From Chrysomallon squamiferum (Eukaryota > Animalia > Mollusca): a stretch of 64,000 nt of DNA. Below are positions 28,388-59,520 of this stretch, in pieces (positions within the stretch are counted from its first letter, which is position 1; every line of letters starts with the position of its first letter). The translations under genes were made by a program, and so were the position numbers. Under the pieces are notes generated by a model, which made no database searches, had not been told where the DNA came from, and saw only the letters and a program-made list of their open reading frames with translations. The stretch is taken from contig CM022676.1 of the NCBI GenBank assembly GCA_012295275.1, forward strand, positions 8,308,001 to 8,372,000, given 5' to 3'.

Positions 28388-28881
28388 CATTTATAGTAGA
28401 TGATGTAATTGTAGCAGTTGTAGTTTTTGTAACGATCGCTGAAGTAGATGTAGTAAAAACTATTCAGCTGTTATACTATTACTAAGTGAATGTTTATGTG
28501 TTTGGTGTTTGTTTATTTGGTTTTTATGTGTATTTAACGATTTTTATTTTATTTTATTTTTGTTAAAATACTCCGGTCCTTCTTGCCTTGTTCCGTTACG
28601 TTGACGTCGTCAGTGGACGTTGAAAAGACGCTGTCGAGGTTGAGGTACTGGACGTTGCAGATGTAAACACCAGCATCAGTACAGTCTACCTTCGTTAGAT
28701 AAACCTGTAAATGAAGTGTGTGTATGTAAGTAGGAATGAATCTTTTCTGTCTTATGTACGTCTGGTTAGACTCTACACATAGATTATTTTCAGGAACGTA
28801 CTGGCAAATGAAGACAAAGTTCAGTCAAGATCTCGCAAATGTCATAAGAATAGATGCTTTGCCTTGAGTGATTTCCAGATT

Positions 28882-28962
<81 letters not shown>

Positions 28963-29313
28963 AAATAAATATATCACTTACATATGTACGTATATTATGT
29001 TTATCTATCTATCTACCTGTACGAAAGATCCTGTTTTGTCACTGTTATCTGCTTTTCCCGTTACAACTGCTCTGTCTTTCAAAGACTCGTCAATCAGAAT
29101 GGCATTTCCCCCGTCTGCACCTAGCGCTGCTGTTGCTATCTGAACCGGGCTCGGCGACGTCTTCAGATGACGTTCAATGCTTATTTGGACAAATGTTTTG
29201 ATATCTTCAACGACGTTGGCGGGTTCACATAGAACTGTTATGTTCTCCGTCTGTCCGTCTGTGATCAAGGTAGGTGTGACGGTCAGTTTTGCAGAGTTTA
29301 CTGGTAAAGGAAC

Positions 29314-29358
<45 letters not shown>

Positions 29359-29630
29359 TTCATGGCTTAGATTTATAGCAGTGATAAAATGAAATAAAAT
29401 AAAACAACACAAAATAATAAATAAAATAAAACATTAAATAAAAAAAAAATTAGAATGAAAGAAAGGAACAAAGAAACAAACAACCAAAACTATAAATAAA
29501 TAAATTAATTAATTAATAGGTAAATAAATAATAAATAAACAAAAGTAATAGTCACAGTAACAATAACAAAACCCGTCTAATAATAATAATAATAACAACA
29601 AATCACTGAAAACACTACATATAATATTAA

Positions 29631-29709
<79 letters not shown>

Positions 29710-29800
29710 GTCTCATCTCTATCACCCCTCTCCATCTACACCATTACCTACCTAAAGCAACCAACAACAAAACAACAGAAACACGAAACAGTGCAGCCAT
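23875..29800 (-). CDS. Predicted GPI-anchored immunoglobulin-superfamily protein, 715 aa: signal peptide, 1 V-like Ig domain, 5 tandem C2-like Ig domains, hydrophobic C-terminal tail
   Basis: Exons 29800-29752 (MAALFRVSVVLLLVAL), 29300-29017, 28704-28587, 27970-27653, 27201-26884, 26572-26255, 25994-25671, 25169-24840 and 23963-23875 (DNGAEPTKVDVLITTGVVVLASLFIPLSP*). Total 2148 nt, in frame, with compatible splice phases. Ig motifs: CTDAGVYIC in D1, and LKC...W.W.W...DNGRKFRC in D2-D6. Confidence 0.85.
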
Positions 29801-30226
29801 GTCGATTAACAGTCGATGTCTGACTTACAATATATATTTTTCTTATTATTAAAAATCCAGCACAGTGTTTGCTTTTCCATAAATATCGTAAATAAAAATC
29901 GTCATTTCTATTTCTACCGCAGATGGATAGCTGGATATTGGTAATAAATTCGTGAAGTATCTTAATCTTTAGGCACTCACTGGAGTCATATTATAAAAAG
30001 TACCATAAAATTCAACTGCAGCAACACTAATATCACCACTTGAAACAGTTTTTGAATTTTTTTATTTGTAACACGATATTTTCCTTATTGCTTGACATTT
30101 ATGTCTATTAGTGTTTGAATATGTATTGGTTGCTTTAGTTTTCAATACGTCTTTCTTTGTTCATGGATCAGTTCATTCATCCATTCTTCCATCCCTCTGG
30201 CAGTCCGTTCATGAAGATCACAACAC

Positions 30227-30379
<153 letters not shown>

Positions 30380-30447
30380 AGTCTTATCTCTATCCCTTTC
30401 ATCTACTTAATGTCTAAACACATATCACATATGGATCTATTATTTAT

Positions 30448-30479
<32 letters not shown>

Positions 30480-31010
30480 GTATGTATCTAACACGTTATT
30501 TATGTATGTACGTATGTATGTATATATGTATGTATGTATGTATATATATATGTATGTATGTCTGTATGTATGTATGTGTGTATGTGTGTGTATATATATA
30601 TAAAAGTACACATATACACATCCATTATATATGTGTGTGTGTGTTTGTGTGTGTGTGTGTTTTTATTTTTCATGAATCTACAGTCACGAAATACATAGCA
30701 AAAAGATTAAATATAAACGCCCCTCATAAGTAAATATCTTTACCGTTAAGAAAATCTCTTGTAAATTAAAACTAAATCAATAAAAATATTTTGAAATCGT
30801 TCACAGCCGATGTCATAAATTTACTTGCTAGATAAAAGTCATGCCATAACCATAACCAAGCTATAACCATGTATATAAAATAAAGTCGGCATTTTTATTG
30901 TCAGTTTTTCCGGTTCTTACGCAATTTGTCAAGGTATAAATCAGAAACGACATTGTAAATAATTACACAGTTTTATATATATTAGTATTGTGTTGTGGAG
31001 ATAGATCAAT

Positions 31011-31110
<100 letters not shown>

Positions 31111-31468
31111 TATTAATATGAAAAGTATGAATTTCCTAGAATGGTTATAATCTATGGTATGTGCATGAATACCTCTAGTAACCTTTCACTTTCATTCATT
31201 TATTTCAAGAAACTGAAAATATTAATTATCATAAATACTGATGTACTTGTCAAAAATATTCAAGACGTGGAATTAAAATTAAGAACAAAATAACTTCTTT
31301 TAATTTATCATCCTGTTCTTTAATGAAACGCAAAACAACAAATTCTGTTGATTTACAACAAATTTTACAGTCATTTTTCGCGTTACTAATTTAACAAAGT
31401 CTTAGTAACGATCTGTTTCATTGGTCTTCATTTTGTAACGATGCATCTGATTGACCTCGCTTTGTGTT

Positions 31469-34618
<3,150 letters not shown>

Positions 34619-34929
34619 TTTTCCTCAGTAGTCGTTGATAACGGTACCGGACAAAACTTTTCACCTTAAAATTTCTCTATTGAATGTTCTTTTCACAATT
34701 ATATATATAGATGACAAATCAAATAACTGTCATCCACTGCTAACTACTGTTAGTAATAAGGCAACTGCAGGATGTAAGTGATATAGTGTAATTCTAATTT
34801 TTATTTTATTGTCTGATATTTCTAATTAATATTTAGTGACGTATATAGCGACTGTGAAGGGCGGGCATGGAAATATATCCTCCAGTCTTGAAAACTGGGT
34901 GCAATAACTTGAGTATCCTTTACACATAC

Positions 34930-34984
<55 letters not shown>

Positions 34985-35794
34985 CAATAATAATAACAGA
35001 GGGAGTAGCTGTAGGAGTAGAAGTAGTAGTAGAATAATAGTAGTAGTAGTAGTAATAATAATGACAATAATAATAGTGGTAGTAGTAGTAATAATACAGT
35101 AGTAATAGTAGAAGTAGTACTAGTAAAAGCAGTACTTCTAGTAATACTAATAATAGTAATAATAATAATAGGAAGAAGAAACCCACAAACAAACAAACAA
35201 ACAAATTAATAAAGAAATAACAACAAAACAAACAACAAAAGACTTCCTTCCCCCCCCCAGAAAAAAATCAATTAAACGCTTTAACAAATAAAATAAGATA
35301 AAAAAACAACAAATAACGAATATAATTAACCTACATAATGATTTAATTTAACGTAATTTAATTCTTCTGTGACCTACAGTACGCACGCACGCACTTCAAC
35401 ATGTTTAATAACAGTTGTTATCTGATTGTGTTCTTTGATTATATCACTACAGCACTAAAGCTTGTATTTCACCCCAGGCGCCAAGACTATTGATAAATAT
35501 ATTTTGTTGCAGTTTTTAATACGTGACGTAAATTTAATTAAGTATTATATTGTGAAATGTTAGTAGTTAGAGGACGGGAGGTGTAATATACAGTGTACTT
35601 TTATAGGGTCAGTCACAAATATAGAAGGGTTTGGATACATTTAAATTGTTAATTTACTTATGTAGTTAAATTGATTAGTCTGCTTTTTATTTTTCTGCTT
35701 GATATAATGTATGATACATACATACATACATACATACATACATACATACGTACGCAAATACATACGTGTATATATATATATATATATATATATA

Positions 35795-36005
35795 GGGTTG
35801 TCACGATGGCCGAACAGTAACGTCGTCTGCCTTCACAGTGCAGGTGAATGGGTGTCATAGGTTCGAGTCTCGTCAGCGACATCTGACGGGTTTGTGAGGT
35901 CTAACTAGACTTTGTCCTCCTGCGCCAGTGCGTTCCCGAATATTGTCTATGTGCAGAGTTTAATCAGACGTACGTAAGACAGGTACTATCCAAAAATCCT
36001 TAACT
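35795..36005 (+). mobile_element. tRNA-derived SINE
   Basis: Pol III A-box-like GATGGCCGAACAGTAA (about 35805) and B-box GGTTCGAGTC (35860), then about 130 nt of body ending in a (TACA)n tail; sits next to a (TA)n tract. Confidence 0.65.
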
Positions 36006-36232
36006 ACATACATACTTACATATAGGTACGTACATACATACTTACATATATGTACGTACATACATACTTACACATAGGTACGTACATACATACTTACATA
36101 TATACTTATATGCATACATACATACACACATACATACACAATACAGATACACAAACTCTTATGTATAAAACACACATACATGCATTATACACATACATAT
36201 ACATACAAGCAAACGCATACATACATATATAT

Positions 36233-36265
<33 letters not shown>

Positions 36266-37394
36266 GTGTATCTATATATACATACACATATATAAACTGG
36301 TTGTTCTCAAACATGTATACAAGTGTGCATGTGTATATAACATCATTTTTATACCCTGTTTGTTAAACGTTTCTGTAACTTTTACATTAATGTCACATCA
36401 TAATGATTTCAACTTTATCTCAGTGGTTATCGTTTGAATAAAGGATAATTTGTTTTTGCACGCGTTTTGAAATTCAAAGCAAACAGTTTTAATACTAAGC
36501 TTGTAAATGCTAATCTATCTCGTTAATCTAGATATAAAATGTCAGTGCGTAATCAATGAATTAAAGATATATTTTAATTTGTGCAGAACAATGGAGTAGC
36601 TTCGTTAATCTTATTATTTTTTTTTTTATATATTTTTAAATGCTGAATAATGTGAACATGTAAATGTACATATATGTGAGGTATGTAGGTTGAATGATGC
36701 AATAATAATTTGTAATAAATATAAAGAAAGAAAAGGACAAGTAAATAATTAAATTAAATTAATAAATTAATAAATGTAGAAAATAGACATAAAAACAAAA
36801 CAAAAGCATAACAAATCACACGAAAGAATCATACAGATAAACGCACACAGAAAGAAAGAAATAAACAAATAAATAAATAAATAAAATTATTCACTTGCGA
36901 GACGTTAATATCACCAATAAAAATGTCTATTAAAGCAGAATTTATCAGCTGCGCTAATCAAACAAACACATAAACAAAGAAACAAATAAACAAACAAATA
37001 AACAAAGAAACAAATACATTCTTAGAGAAAAGAAGGGTATTACAACTGTGCTAGTTTTTCTCTCCAACTTGTCGTGACGTCAAACATTTATGACGTAATC
37101 CTATTGTTTATTTAACAACAACTGATTTTTCTTATTTAGGCGTCGTCTTGTATGTCCATATTTTGCTACAGGTAAGAAATATAATTATTTTGTTTATTAT
37201 TTGTTCAGTTCTCTACAATACAAATTTAATTCCAACACTGTGTTAGTTAAGGCGTTCAGACGTAATTAAAAAACAAATAGAGAGTATGTAAGTATGTAGG
37301 AAGATAGAAAGATAAATAGGCAGATAGGTATGTATGCATATATGTATAGATAGATAGATAGAAAGATAGACTACAGACAGACAGACAGAAAGAC

Positions 37395-37445
<51 letters not shown>

Positions 37446-37759
37446 AAGAAATCTAACTAAATAAACAGACAAATAAATAGTTCTGATTATCGGCCGTAAA
37501 CAAGGAAACTAGCTGTTTTTACGATAAAAACAGAAGAACTAAGATTTAGAATGTTGCTCTCTGCGATGTTTGTTTATCTTCTTCTTCTTCTTCTTCTTCT
37601 TTAAGTGTGTCTGGTAAAAAATATGCAGTGTTATTTGATATCACACAGACAATGAGTAAACATACGCGTTATATATCTACACATTATTTAAAGGATGTTT
37701 ATACATACAGATACTCCTCACGCGATGACCAAGTTCTGTTTCTACGAGTAAGACGTAAA

Positions 37760-38095
37760 GCGTATTAGTCGTTCCTACGACTGTCTTTAACGAAACTGGT
37801 CGATAAACGTATTTAGTCGTTCCTACGACTGTCTTTAACGAAACTGGTCGATAAACGTATTTCGTCGTTCCTACGACTGACTTTAACGACACTGGTCGAT
37901 AAACGTATTTAGTCGTTCCTACGACTGACTTTAACGACACTGGTCGATAAACGTATTTAGTCGTTCCTACGACTGACTTTAACGACACTGGTCGATAAAC
38001 GTATTTAGTCGTTCCTACGACTGTCTTTAACGTAACTGGTCGATAAACGTACTTAGTCGTCCCTACGACTGACTTTAACGAAAACTGGTCGATAA
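37760..38095. repeat. 48-bp CpG-rich minisatellite, about 7 copies
   Basis: Unit TAGTCGTTCCTACGACTG(T/A)CTTTAACGA(A/C)ACTGGTCGATAAACGTATT. Confidence 0.95.
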
Positions 38096-39150
38096 ATGAG
38101 AAGCCAGCCCTTAACAGTATTTCACGTATACTGTACTGGTAACGCTTGTGTATCAATAGTCTTTAGTTATTGCTTTAACGTAACCTTTGCACACTGTATA
38201 ACATTCTTAGTAGAATTCTTACTGTTTATGCAGTAGTATATTGTATACTATAAGAAACAGAACAGAGGAAATCAGCTCTAATATATATTACTACTTAGGT
38301 TTGGATACTGTAAAAACAGGTAATCGTTTTTATTTATACTAAAAAAAAAGTCCAAAGGAGACTCAAAGTTGATAATTTTTGTCTTAATAAGCATAATTCT
38401 TACATATTATAAAATACAAAAAATATAATCTGCGAAAAACGTTATATCTTTGGGTGCACAGTGAAGTAAAAATTCATCGTCTTGGAGACTGCAAAGGCTA
38501 ATGTAGAGAATACTGACTGCAGGAACAACGCGCGACAATTTGCACGATCAAAGTTCTCGTATTGTGTACGATACGACTGGTCGGAACGTGGTCGTAAGCA
38601 CGCACAGTCGTTAAGTGAGGAATGATGTAAGCATCAAGGAGATAGGAAAGATAGAAGTATTTAAATCATTAAAGAAGAAGAAAAAGAAGAAGAAGAAGAA
38701 AAAGAAGAAGAAGAAGAAAACGAAGACAAAAAAAGAACAAGAACGGGATAAAAAGAAGAAAAAGAAAAGGAAGAAAAAGAAGAAGAAGAAGAAGAAGAAA
38801 AAGAAGAAGAAGATAAAAAAGAAGAAGAAGATAAAGAAGAAGAAGAAGAAGAAAACGAAGAAGAAAAAGAACAAGAAGAAGATAAAGAAGAAGAAGAAGA
38901 AGAAGAAAAGATTTAAAATACTTGCACATTTTTATTTCATAATTAAATATTAAGAAACAACGTACTACGACTGATTTTCAATAACGATTTATTTTCATAA
39001 GGTACAGAATTACACTGCGGGAAAATATAAAATACAAAATAGTTAAAAACAAAACATGCACATACAACGTATATATATATGTATATATTTGTATATGTAT
39101 ATGTATATGTATATGTGTGTATGTATTACATATCTTTTAATAATAACAAA

Positions 39151-39200
<50 letters not shown>

Positions 39201-39284
39201 TAATAGTAATAGGAATAATAGAAATAATAGAAATAGCAATACTAATTTAAAAAAATAAATAGTGGTAGTAGTAGTTGTGGTAGC

Positions 39285-39315
<31 letters not shown>

Positions 39316-40318
39316 GTAATAATAATACATCATTATCATATTAAACATACATTTCACCGGTTTCACTTAAAGAAAATTACACTCTTTTAGACACTAAACT
39401 GGATGTTACTTCAACATAAAACGTATCATGATTAAGATAACAATGAAAAAAAAAAAATGAAATTAATGAGGTCGATCAGACGATAGAAATTGCAGTAATG
39501 GCGCTGTCATTCAGCACAGTTTATAATAACGATAAAGTATTGAAATTAACGAGGTCTATGTGCATGTGTCTATAAATACGTATGTGTGAAATATGTGTTA
39601 ACATACAATTATATGTGTGACTGTATTACACATAAGCATGTATACCATCGTGAATATTTATAAATCTACATTAATCTATACTAATATATTTATAAATTCA
39701 TGGATATCTATTAACGTTTGAGAATAATTTTGATCTATGATTGTACAGGTAATTTTGTAAATGTATTTATGAATTTTTTTTTTCTATCACTAAATTGATA
39801 ATTAAGGAAATTTATGTAAATGTATATAATTACAGACGTATATATTTTTTATTTATCTACATTTATGAATATACGTTTTCTATACTTATCAATATGCATT
39901 ATCTATAGTTATGAATGTAATTATGCAAGTATAATCATATTACATTACAGGAACATCAGTTAAAACGTGTTTACATTTTATTTATTTCTTTGCTGACTTT
40001 TACTTAGCTATTTCTTAAAACGATGTTGTTATCATTTTTCCTTTGAGTCTGCTCGTAAGTTTTCGGATGTTAAAATGAAATGTCATTATATAATTATATT
40101 TAAAATTTCATGTAATCTAGAGAGGATTCATTCATTGATCAAAGGAATTAAATTCAAAAAAATAATAGTAATAATAATAATAATAAATTAAGAAGGCAAT
40201 TTATCATTGGAAATAATCATCTGCATTATCATTCATTAAAACACTAAAACTTAGGATAAAACAAATGATATATCTCTCTATTTATTCTTTTACTCATTAT
40301 TTTTTCTTCATTCTTTCG

Positions 40319-40360
<42 letters not shown>

Positions 40361-40466
40361 GACTTTCTGAAATCTTTAATTCGGAGAGAAATATCACTCT
40401 AATATAATGATTTCAGTTTGAGCAGAAAAAACAAAACAAAATGTCTTTCAATGTCACGTGGCTTGA

Positions 40467-53699
<13,233 letters not shown>

Positions 53700-53819
53700 A
53701 GTTACACAATTGTCCACTTCTTTCTATTTTATTTCGTAGAGAAAAAAAAAGAAGAATAATCTGATATTAAAATTAATTTTCTTCTTCTTCGTCGTCTTCA
53801 TTTTATACAGTTGAAATAT

Positions 53820-53950
53820 TTGGAGGGGCGGGGTTTTAGACCAATGATGAAAATGGTTTATGTAAGATAGGCTATATTATTATTAGTTGGAGTGGGCGGA
53901 GCTAAACTTGACTTGTCAAACTAATCAAACAATGTGACGTCGCCAAAATT
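53820..53950 (-). promoter_or_regulatory. Proximal promoter of the Rh gene
   Basis: GC boxes GGGGCGGGG at 53825 and GGGCGG at 53894, CCAAT at 53841 and TGACGT at 53935, all 120-240 nt upstream of the ATG at 53699. Confidence 0.55.
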
Positions 53951-55657
53951 ATGTCATATAAGGTGAGGCCCTTCCAAAATAATTTTTTGTGTTTCTTCAC
54001 TCAGGCGAAAACGGAATGAAAAAAACACAATTTATTTGTGAACCAGAAAACAAGATAGATTTCAAGCTTGATCTGGAACCAACAAAAAAAATACAGGATA
54101 ATCGGTTAATGTGTAAGAAAAAATATCGGGTTTTCTCCCGTTCCAGAATTGGAGCTACTGTTGTCGTATTTTTAAGCAACTGTAAAAATAATGATAGTTG
54201 TTGTACTCTTGTTAAAAAGACCAGAGAGATAAATGGTTTGATTTTTTACTCTTTTTTTTTAAAGGTTATTTAATGTAATCTTGATATAATGAAAATATGA
54301 AAGTAGAAACCCGTCTTTCTGTATCTGCTTGAAATAAACAATATGTACGTTTATAATGATATATCGAAGACTTTGAAATGTACTTGTAATAATTACAATA
54401 CATAAAATATTATGATCATTATTTGATATCCTATATTATCGATAATTCTTATTTGTTTCTGGTAAATGTTTTTTAGAATTTAACTCTATAGAGATTCTTG
54501 TCGAAAGTTTGAAATTATTTCAGAGATCTTCCCTCCTCAGAGCTTCTGTTAACTCGCATCTTTGAAAAACCTGAACCACGACCTTTCAAACAAATAAGCA
54601 ATAGACCATGGTTGGAACGTGATATTCATCAACAATGTTCAGAAGTAAAATCATTTTAATAATGCATAATGCGTAAGGTCAATACTTCAGTCAGCGAACT
54701 TAAAAGAGATCTGACGCCAGAATAGATTTGAATTAATTGATATAAAGATAATCTCTTAAAGACATAGAGATAGCCAAAAAAAAAAAAAAAAAAAAAAATT
54801 AAATGATAAAAATAAATAAAATAACTGATTGTATTTATGCATGACGGATAATGCAATATGATAATAGCCGGTCATATTTATTTCTTTACATTTTTTAAAA
54901 CGTTGCATCTATCTATCTATCTTTCTATCTATCTATCTGTCTGTCTATCTGTCTGCCTGTCTGTCTGTCTATCTATCGCTGTCTGTCTGTGTGTGCGTGC
55001 GTGCGTGCTTGCATGCATGCATACATACATACATACACACATATACAAACATATTTACCTACTTCCATATATATATATATATATATAGGTTGTCCTTCAG
55101 TTACGACGGACGTAAAGTGATTTTAATTGCAAGTTAGAATTACGATAGCTTAAATCATTTTCCTAACACACCCTAAAGTCACAAGTAATACGAAGTCCCC
55201 TGTATATATCTATATATATATATATATATTTTGTTTTCCTTTTCTTTTTTTTTTTTTTTTTCTTTTTTTTTCTTTTTTATTTCTTTTTTTTTTTTTTTTT
55301 TTTTTTTTTTTGCGTGTGTGTTGGACTTTTTTTTTTTCCTTTCTTCTTCTTCTTCTTCTTCTTTTTTGTTTTAAATTTATTTTAGAGGTATTTGACCGTG
55401 CGTTCGTTACTTAGTCAAACAGTGGTCTTGAAAGTCTTTGTTAAAGTGTAATTAAATGAACCAAATCGAGTAACGACCGGGTGAAACACGTCACAAATTA
55501 GTCACCGGTATCTTCAGTTACTCTTACAGGTATTAGTTTCTTTTTGTCCTTGACTAGGTATATCTGTGAGAAGAGTGTATTTATAGACACATACACATGT
55601 ATATATGTGTGCGTGCCTCTGTGTATGTATGTGTGCGTGTCTCTATGTAAGTATGCA

Positions 55658-55695
<38 letters not shown>

Positions 55696-55724
55696 GCGAT
55701 TGAGACAAAAAGAATGAGAGGCAA

Positions 55725-55843
<119 letters not shown>

Positions 55844-56914
55844 CCCCCAAAACCCAAAGAGATTTTTAACCCACGTCATAGACTTTTATCCCAGTTTAAA
55901 ACATTTTGATGACATGACACTTCTGTAATCTGTAACCACGTTTGTTTTTTTGTTTTGTTTTTTTGTGGCTTAATTATTAATATTTTAAAACTGTTTTTGC
56001 TGTCACTCGTACAAATCCGAGCCCCGGTGACAGGTCAGGTAGAAATACAATGGAGTCAGTGAGTTCTCGGTTTCACTGACTTAAACTCGATACTTCATAA
56101 TTCCTCTCAGATTTCTAAACTTTGGCAATACTAATCCGAATGTGGATGTGATGATAATGATGATGAATGAGTAAGGAGGGTACTATTATGTCTTTGGTTG
56201 TGTCATGATGATGTTCATAATGAATGATGATATATATATATATGTATGTATGTATATATGTATGTATGTATGTATGTATGTGAAGATGAGTTGAGTGGAC
56301 AGGTGTAGTGTGTGTGTGTGTGTGTGTGTGTTGTGCGTGTGTGACTGTGTGTGTTTGTGATTGTGTTTGTATGTGTATTTTTGTGTATGTGTGTGTGTGC
56401 ATGTGTGTTTCTGTGTGTGTGGGTGTGTGCGTGCGTGTGTGTATGTGTGTGCATATTATATTTATTTCAAATTTTTGAAAAGAAAAGAAGAAGCGATTCG
56501 GGACGGTTTTACACACACACAGACAAATGCGCACGCTCACAGATACATAGACAATTATTTACGAGGTACGATACTGAGATACATTTTCCGTATTCAACCT
56601 ATTTTAAGATATTGTCATTTAGATACTAACTTAATGAAAAATTCGAGAAGACTCCGAAACTGCTTACTCGGCTTGTTGTTGGTTTTAGAGTTAAAACCCT
56701 TGTGATATCTATCTAGTTCAACTGGATAATATATCACAAGGTGTTTGTCTTGTCTTTTCAACCAAATACTATTACTTCGGGTGAATAAGTAATACCATAA
56801 TATTGAATGTAAAACGTGACGTGTCTCTCCACCTTCTCTCTTTCTCTCTCTTTCTACCTGTCGTAAAATACTTCATTTGTCTTTCTTTGCATCTTTTCTC
56901 TCTCGCCTCACCTC

Positions 56915-57006
<92 letters not shown>

Positions 57007-57503
57007 CTCTCTCTCCCCTCTCCCTGCCACCCTCCCTCCCTTACTCCCCGTGTCCTATCTGAAACTAACACTTTTTTATTTCGCATTCTACAGTTTCGTC
57101 AATAAAAAAAGAAAAAACAAGAGATCACTTCACTTAGTGATAACGATACCCAATACGATCTGCTAATACAGAAAAGTGCTTAAGCGTACTTTTTTTCACA
57201 TCAAACAAACAAACAAACAAAATCCTATTGAATAACACTCGAGATAAAAACAATAGTTGATGACGAAAGCTTGTTTTTGACAATTTAACCTCACAAAGGA
57301 CACAGCTTCCATGACACGTAGAAGAAAGAATGATACTCTAGGGATCCAAATAAAAAGAATTACTCAAGGTTACAGTAGCATGTATTTGTCAAATGGTATT
57401 ACTGTTTTGCTGTTATTATTATTATATTATTATTATTACTGTTGTTATTATTGCTATAGTTATTATTATTGTTGTTATTACTATTATATTATTATTATTG
57501 TTA

Positions 57504-57546
<43 letters not shown>

Positions 57547-58879
57547 GCATAATGATTTTTATGAGAAAATAAACTTGCTGATTTTTTCATGGGTTACTGT
57601 TATAGATTAGCAATAAGAAATATTTTATAAAACCTTCCCTTGAACAGGAAAAAATAGGCCACAGCCTTTGATAAGTTAAACAAAGGAGACAGCTGGAACT
57701 GACAGTGCCAACTGTCACGTCACCCCTGCACTATAATCACCTAGAAACAAGCCACACCCATATGCACTTTAAATTCTGAGATTTTTTCTTAATTAACCGT
57801 TGTTTCAGGATGTATAAAGGATTTCAAATTTCAGCAGCTGCTATTTTCGTATTATTAACAGTACTTGCGAAATATATTTAATATTAAGATTGCTCTATTA
57901 TTTGAGAAAAGGAGGTTAACTAAGTGACACATGAAGCTAGGAAATTAATGGTTTTATCGTTATAAGTGTCTTTCTCTGTTTATTCGTATTTTCTGTTCGA
58001 CTTTTCGAATTTTACTCTAGAAACAAATTGAAAAATTCTTTAGAAAAATAAGCAAAGGTGTTTCTTTCATAATAATCTTTTTTTCGTTGAATAATAGATA
58101 AATTCCATGGTTTATAATTTCAGAATATTTGAACTGATTTGAAATACTTTGACAATGCCAAGGCCGTTTTTTTGAATAGACTGAAAGAATTCCGCAGACC
58201 TTGAACATTTTCGAAGCTTACATAGTATAACACATCTTTTAGGACAGCATTCTATTTCAGGAATTTGAAAATTTCAAAACAGGTCAATATCCAGCATTTA
58301 ATTTTCTTTCTTTTTCTTTCTTTTATTCGCTTTATTTTCTGTAACCCAAACCAGCTTTATCGTGAAGCTATTACATTTTCAAATATCGAGTTACTTCTGT
58401 TGGAATTTACACAGAGAATGGCTGCCAGTACCCTGTCCTGAGAAATCCTACACTGTCATTTTGATAGTCCCGGTCCAGAATTTGACAGTAACAAACAATT
58501 TATGAAGTACTAATCCTCAGAACAACAAACGCCTTAAAAGGATACGTTTTCTAATCTAGAATCTGTAATGGTCATTTTGTCCGCCGAACCAGAAAGAAGA
58601 ATTAGTAGTTACAGTAGTATCAAACGTATACAAATAAACCTTTGTGTATAGAGAGACACGGTCATGACCTAAATATTTTCAATATGGTGGTGTTGGGTTC
58701 CAAATGACTACCACACACAGGTGGACATCAGAAACAACGTCGTCGGTGTCTGATAACAAAAAACTGTCAGTTGTTTGATTTTAATAGTTCAAGGACGGCA
58801 CGGGCAAAAAAAGAAAAAGAAGCAAAGACTGAAGGGTGAAAAATCCTTCTGTTTCTTCTACGCTGATATTACTACTTTT

Positions 58880-58964
58880 TTCACTACTACTACTACTACT
58901 ACTACTGCTACTGCTACTACTACTACTACTACTGCTACTGCTACTACTACTACTACTGCTACTG

Positions 58965-59025
<61 letters not shown>

Positions 59026-59466
59026 CACTACTACTGCTACTACTACTACTACTACTATTGCTACTGCTACTACTGCTACTGCCACTACTACTACTACTGC
59101 TACGCTACTACTACTACTGCTACTACAGCTACTACTACTGCTACTACAACTACTACTGCTACTACTACAACTACTGCTGCTGCTGCTGCTACTACTACGA
59201 CTACTTCACTATCAGTACTACAGCTGCTACTACTGCTACCGCCACCGCAACAACCACTACCATTATTACTTCTTCTGCTACTACTACTACTACTACTGCT
59301 GCTAGTGTTCTATTATTATAATTATAATTACCACCATAACCAAAATGCTACCAGTATTATTGCTATCTCTACTCCTACTACTACTACTGCTGCTACCACT
59401 ACTACTACTACTACTACTACCACTACTACAACTACTACTGTTACTATTACTACTACTACTACCACC

Positions 59467-59505
<39 letters not shown>

Positions 59506-59520
59506 GCTACTACTACTATT
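58880..59520. repeat. Long compound (CTA/CTG)n trinucleotide tract, representative of dozens of microsatellites in the window
   Basis: Direct inspection. Other long tracts include (GT)n 1797-1892, (CT)n 18127-18252 and 30230-30376, (GAA)n-like 38672-38910 and (AG)n 63008-63127. Confidence 0.95.

Noticed and set aside
35795-35880. Functional tRNA gene
   Set aside because: A and B boxes are present, but I could not fold a convincing cloverleaf and it continues into a SINE-like body and simple-repeat tail.
37677-38156. 159-aa repeat ORF (KSVVGTTKYVYRPVSL)n
   Set aside because: Translation of the 48-bp minisatellite; non-ATG start and no exon context.
38611-38953. Poly-Lys/poly-Phe ORFs and similar poly-SL, ER, HT, I, Y and T ORFs across the window
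   Set aside because: Microsatellite translations.
55085-55205. Possible Tc1/mariner-type MITE between (TA)n tracts
   Set aside because: The ends only loosely resemble CAGGG-type inverted repeats and do not match each other well enough to call.
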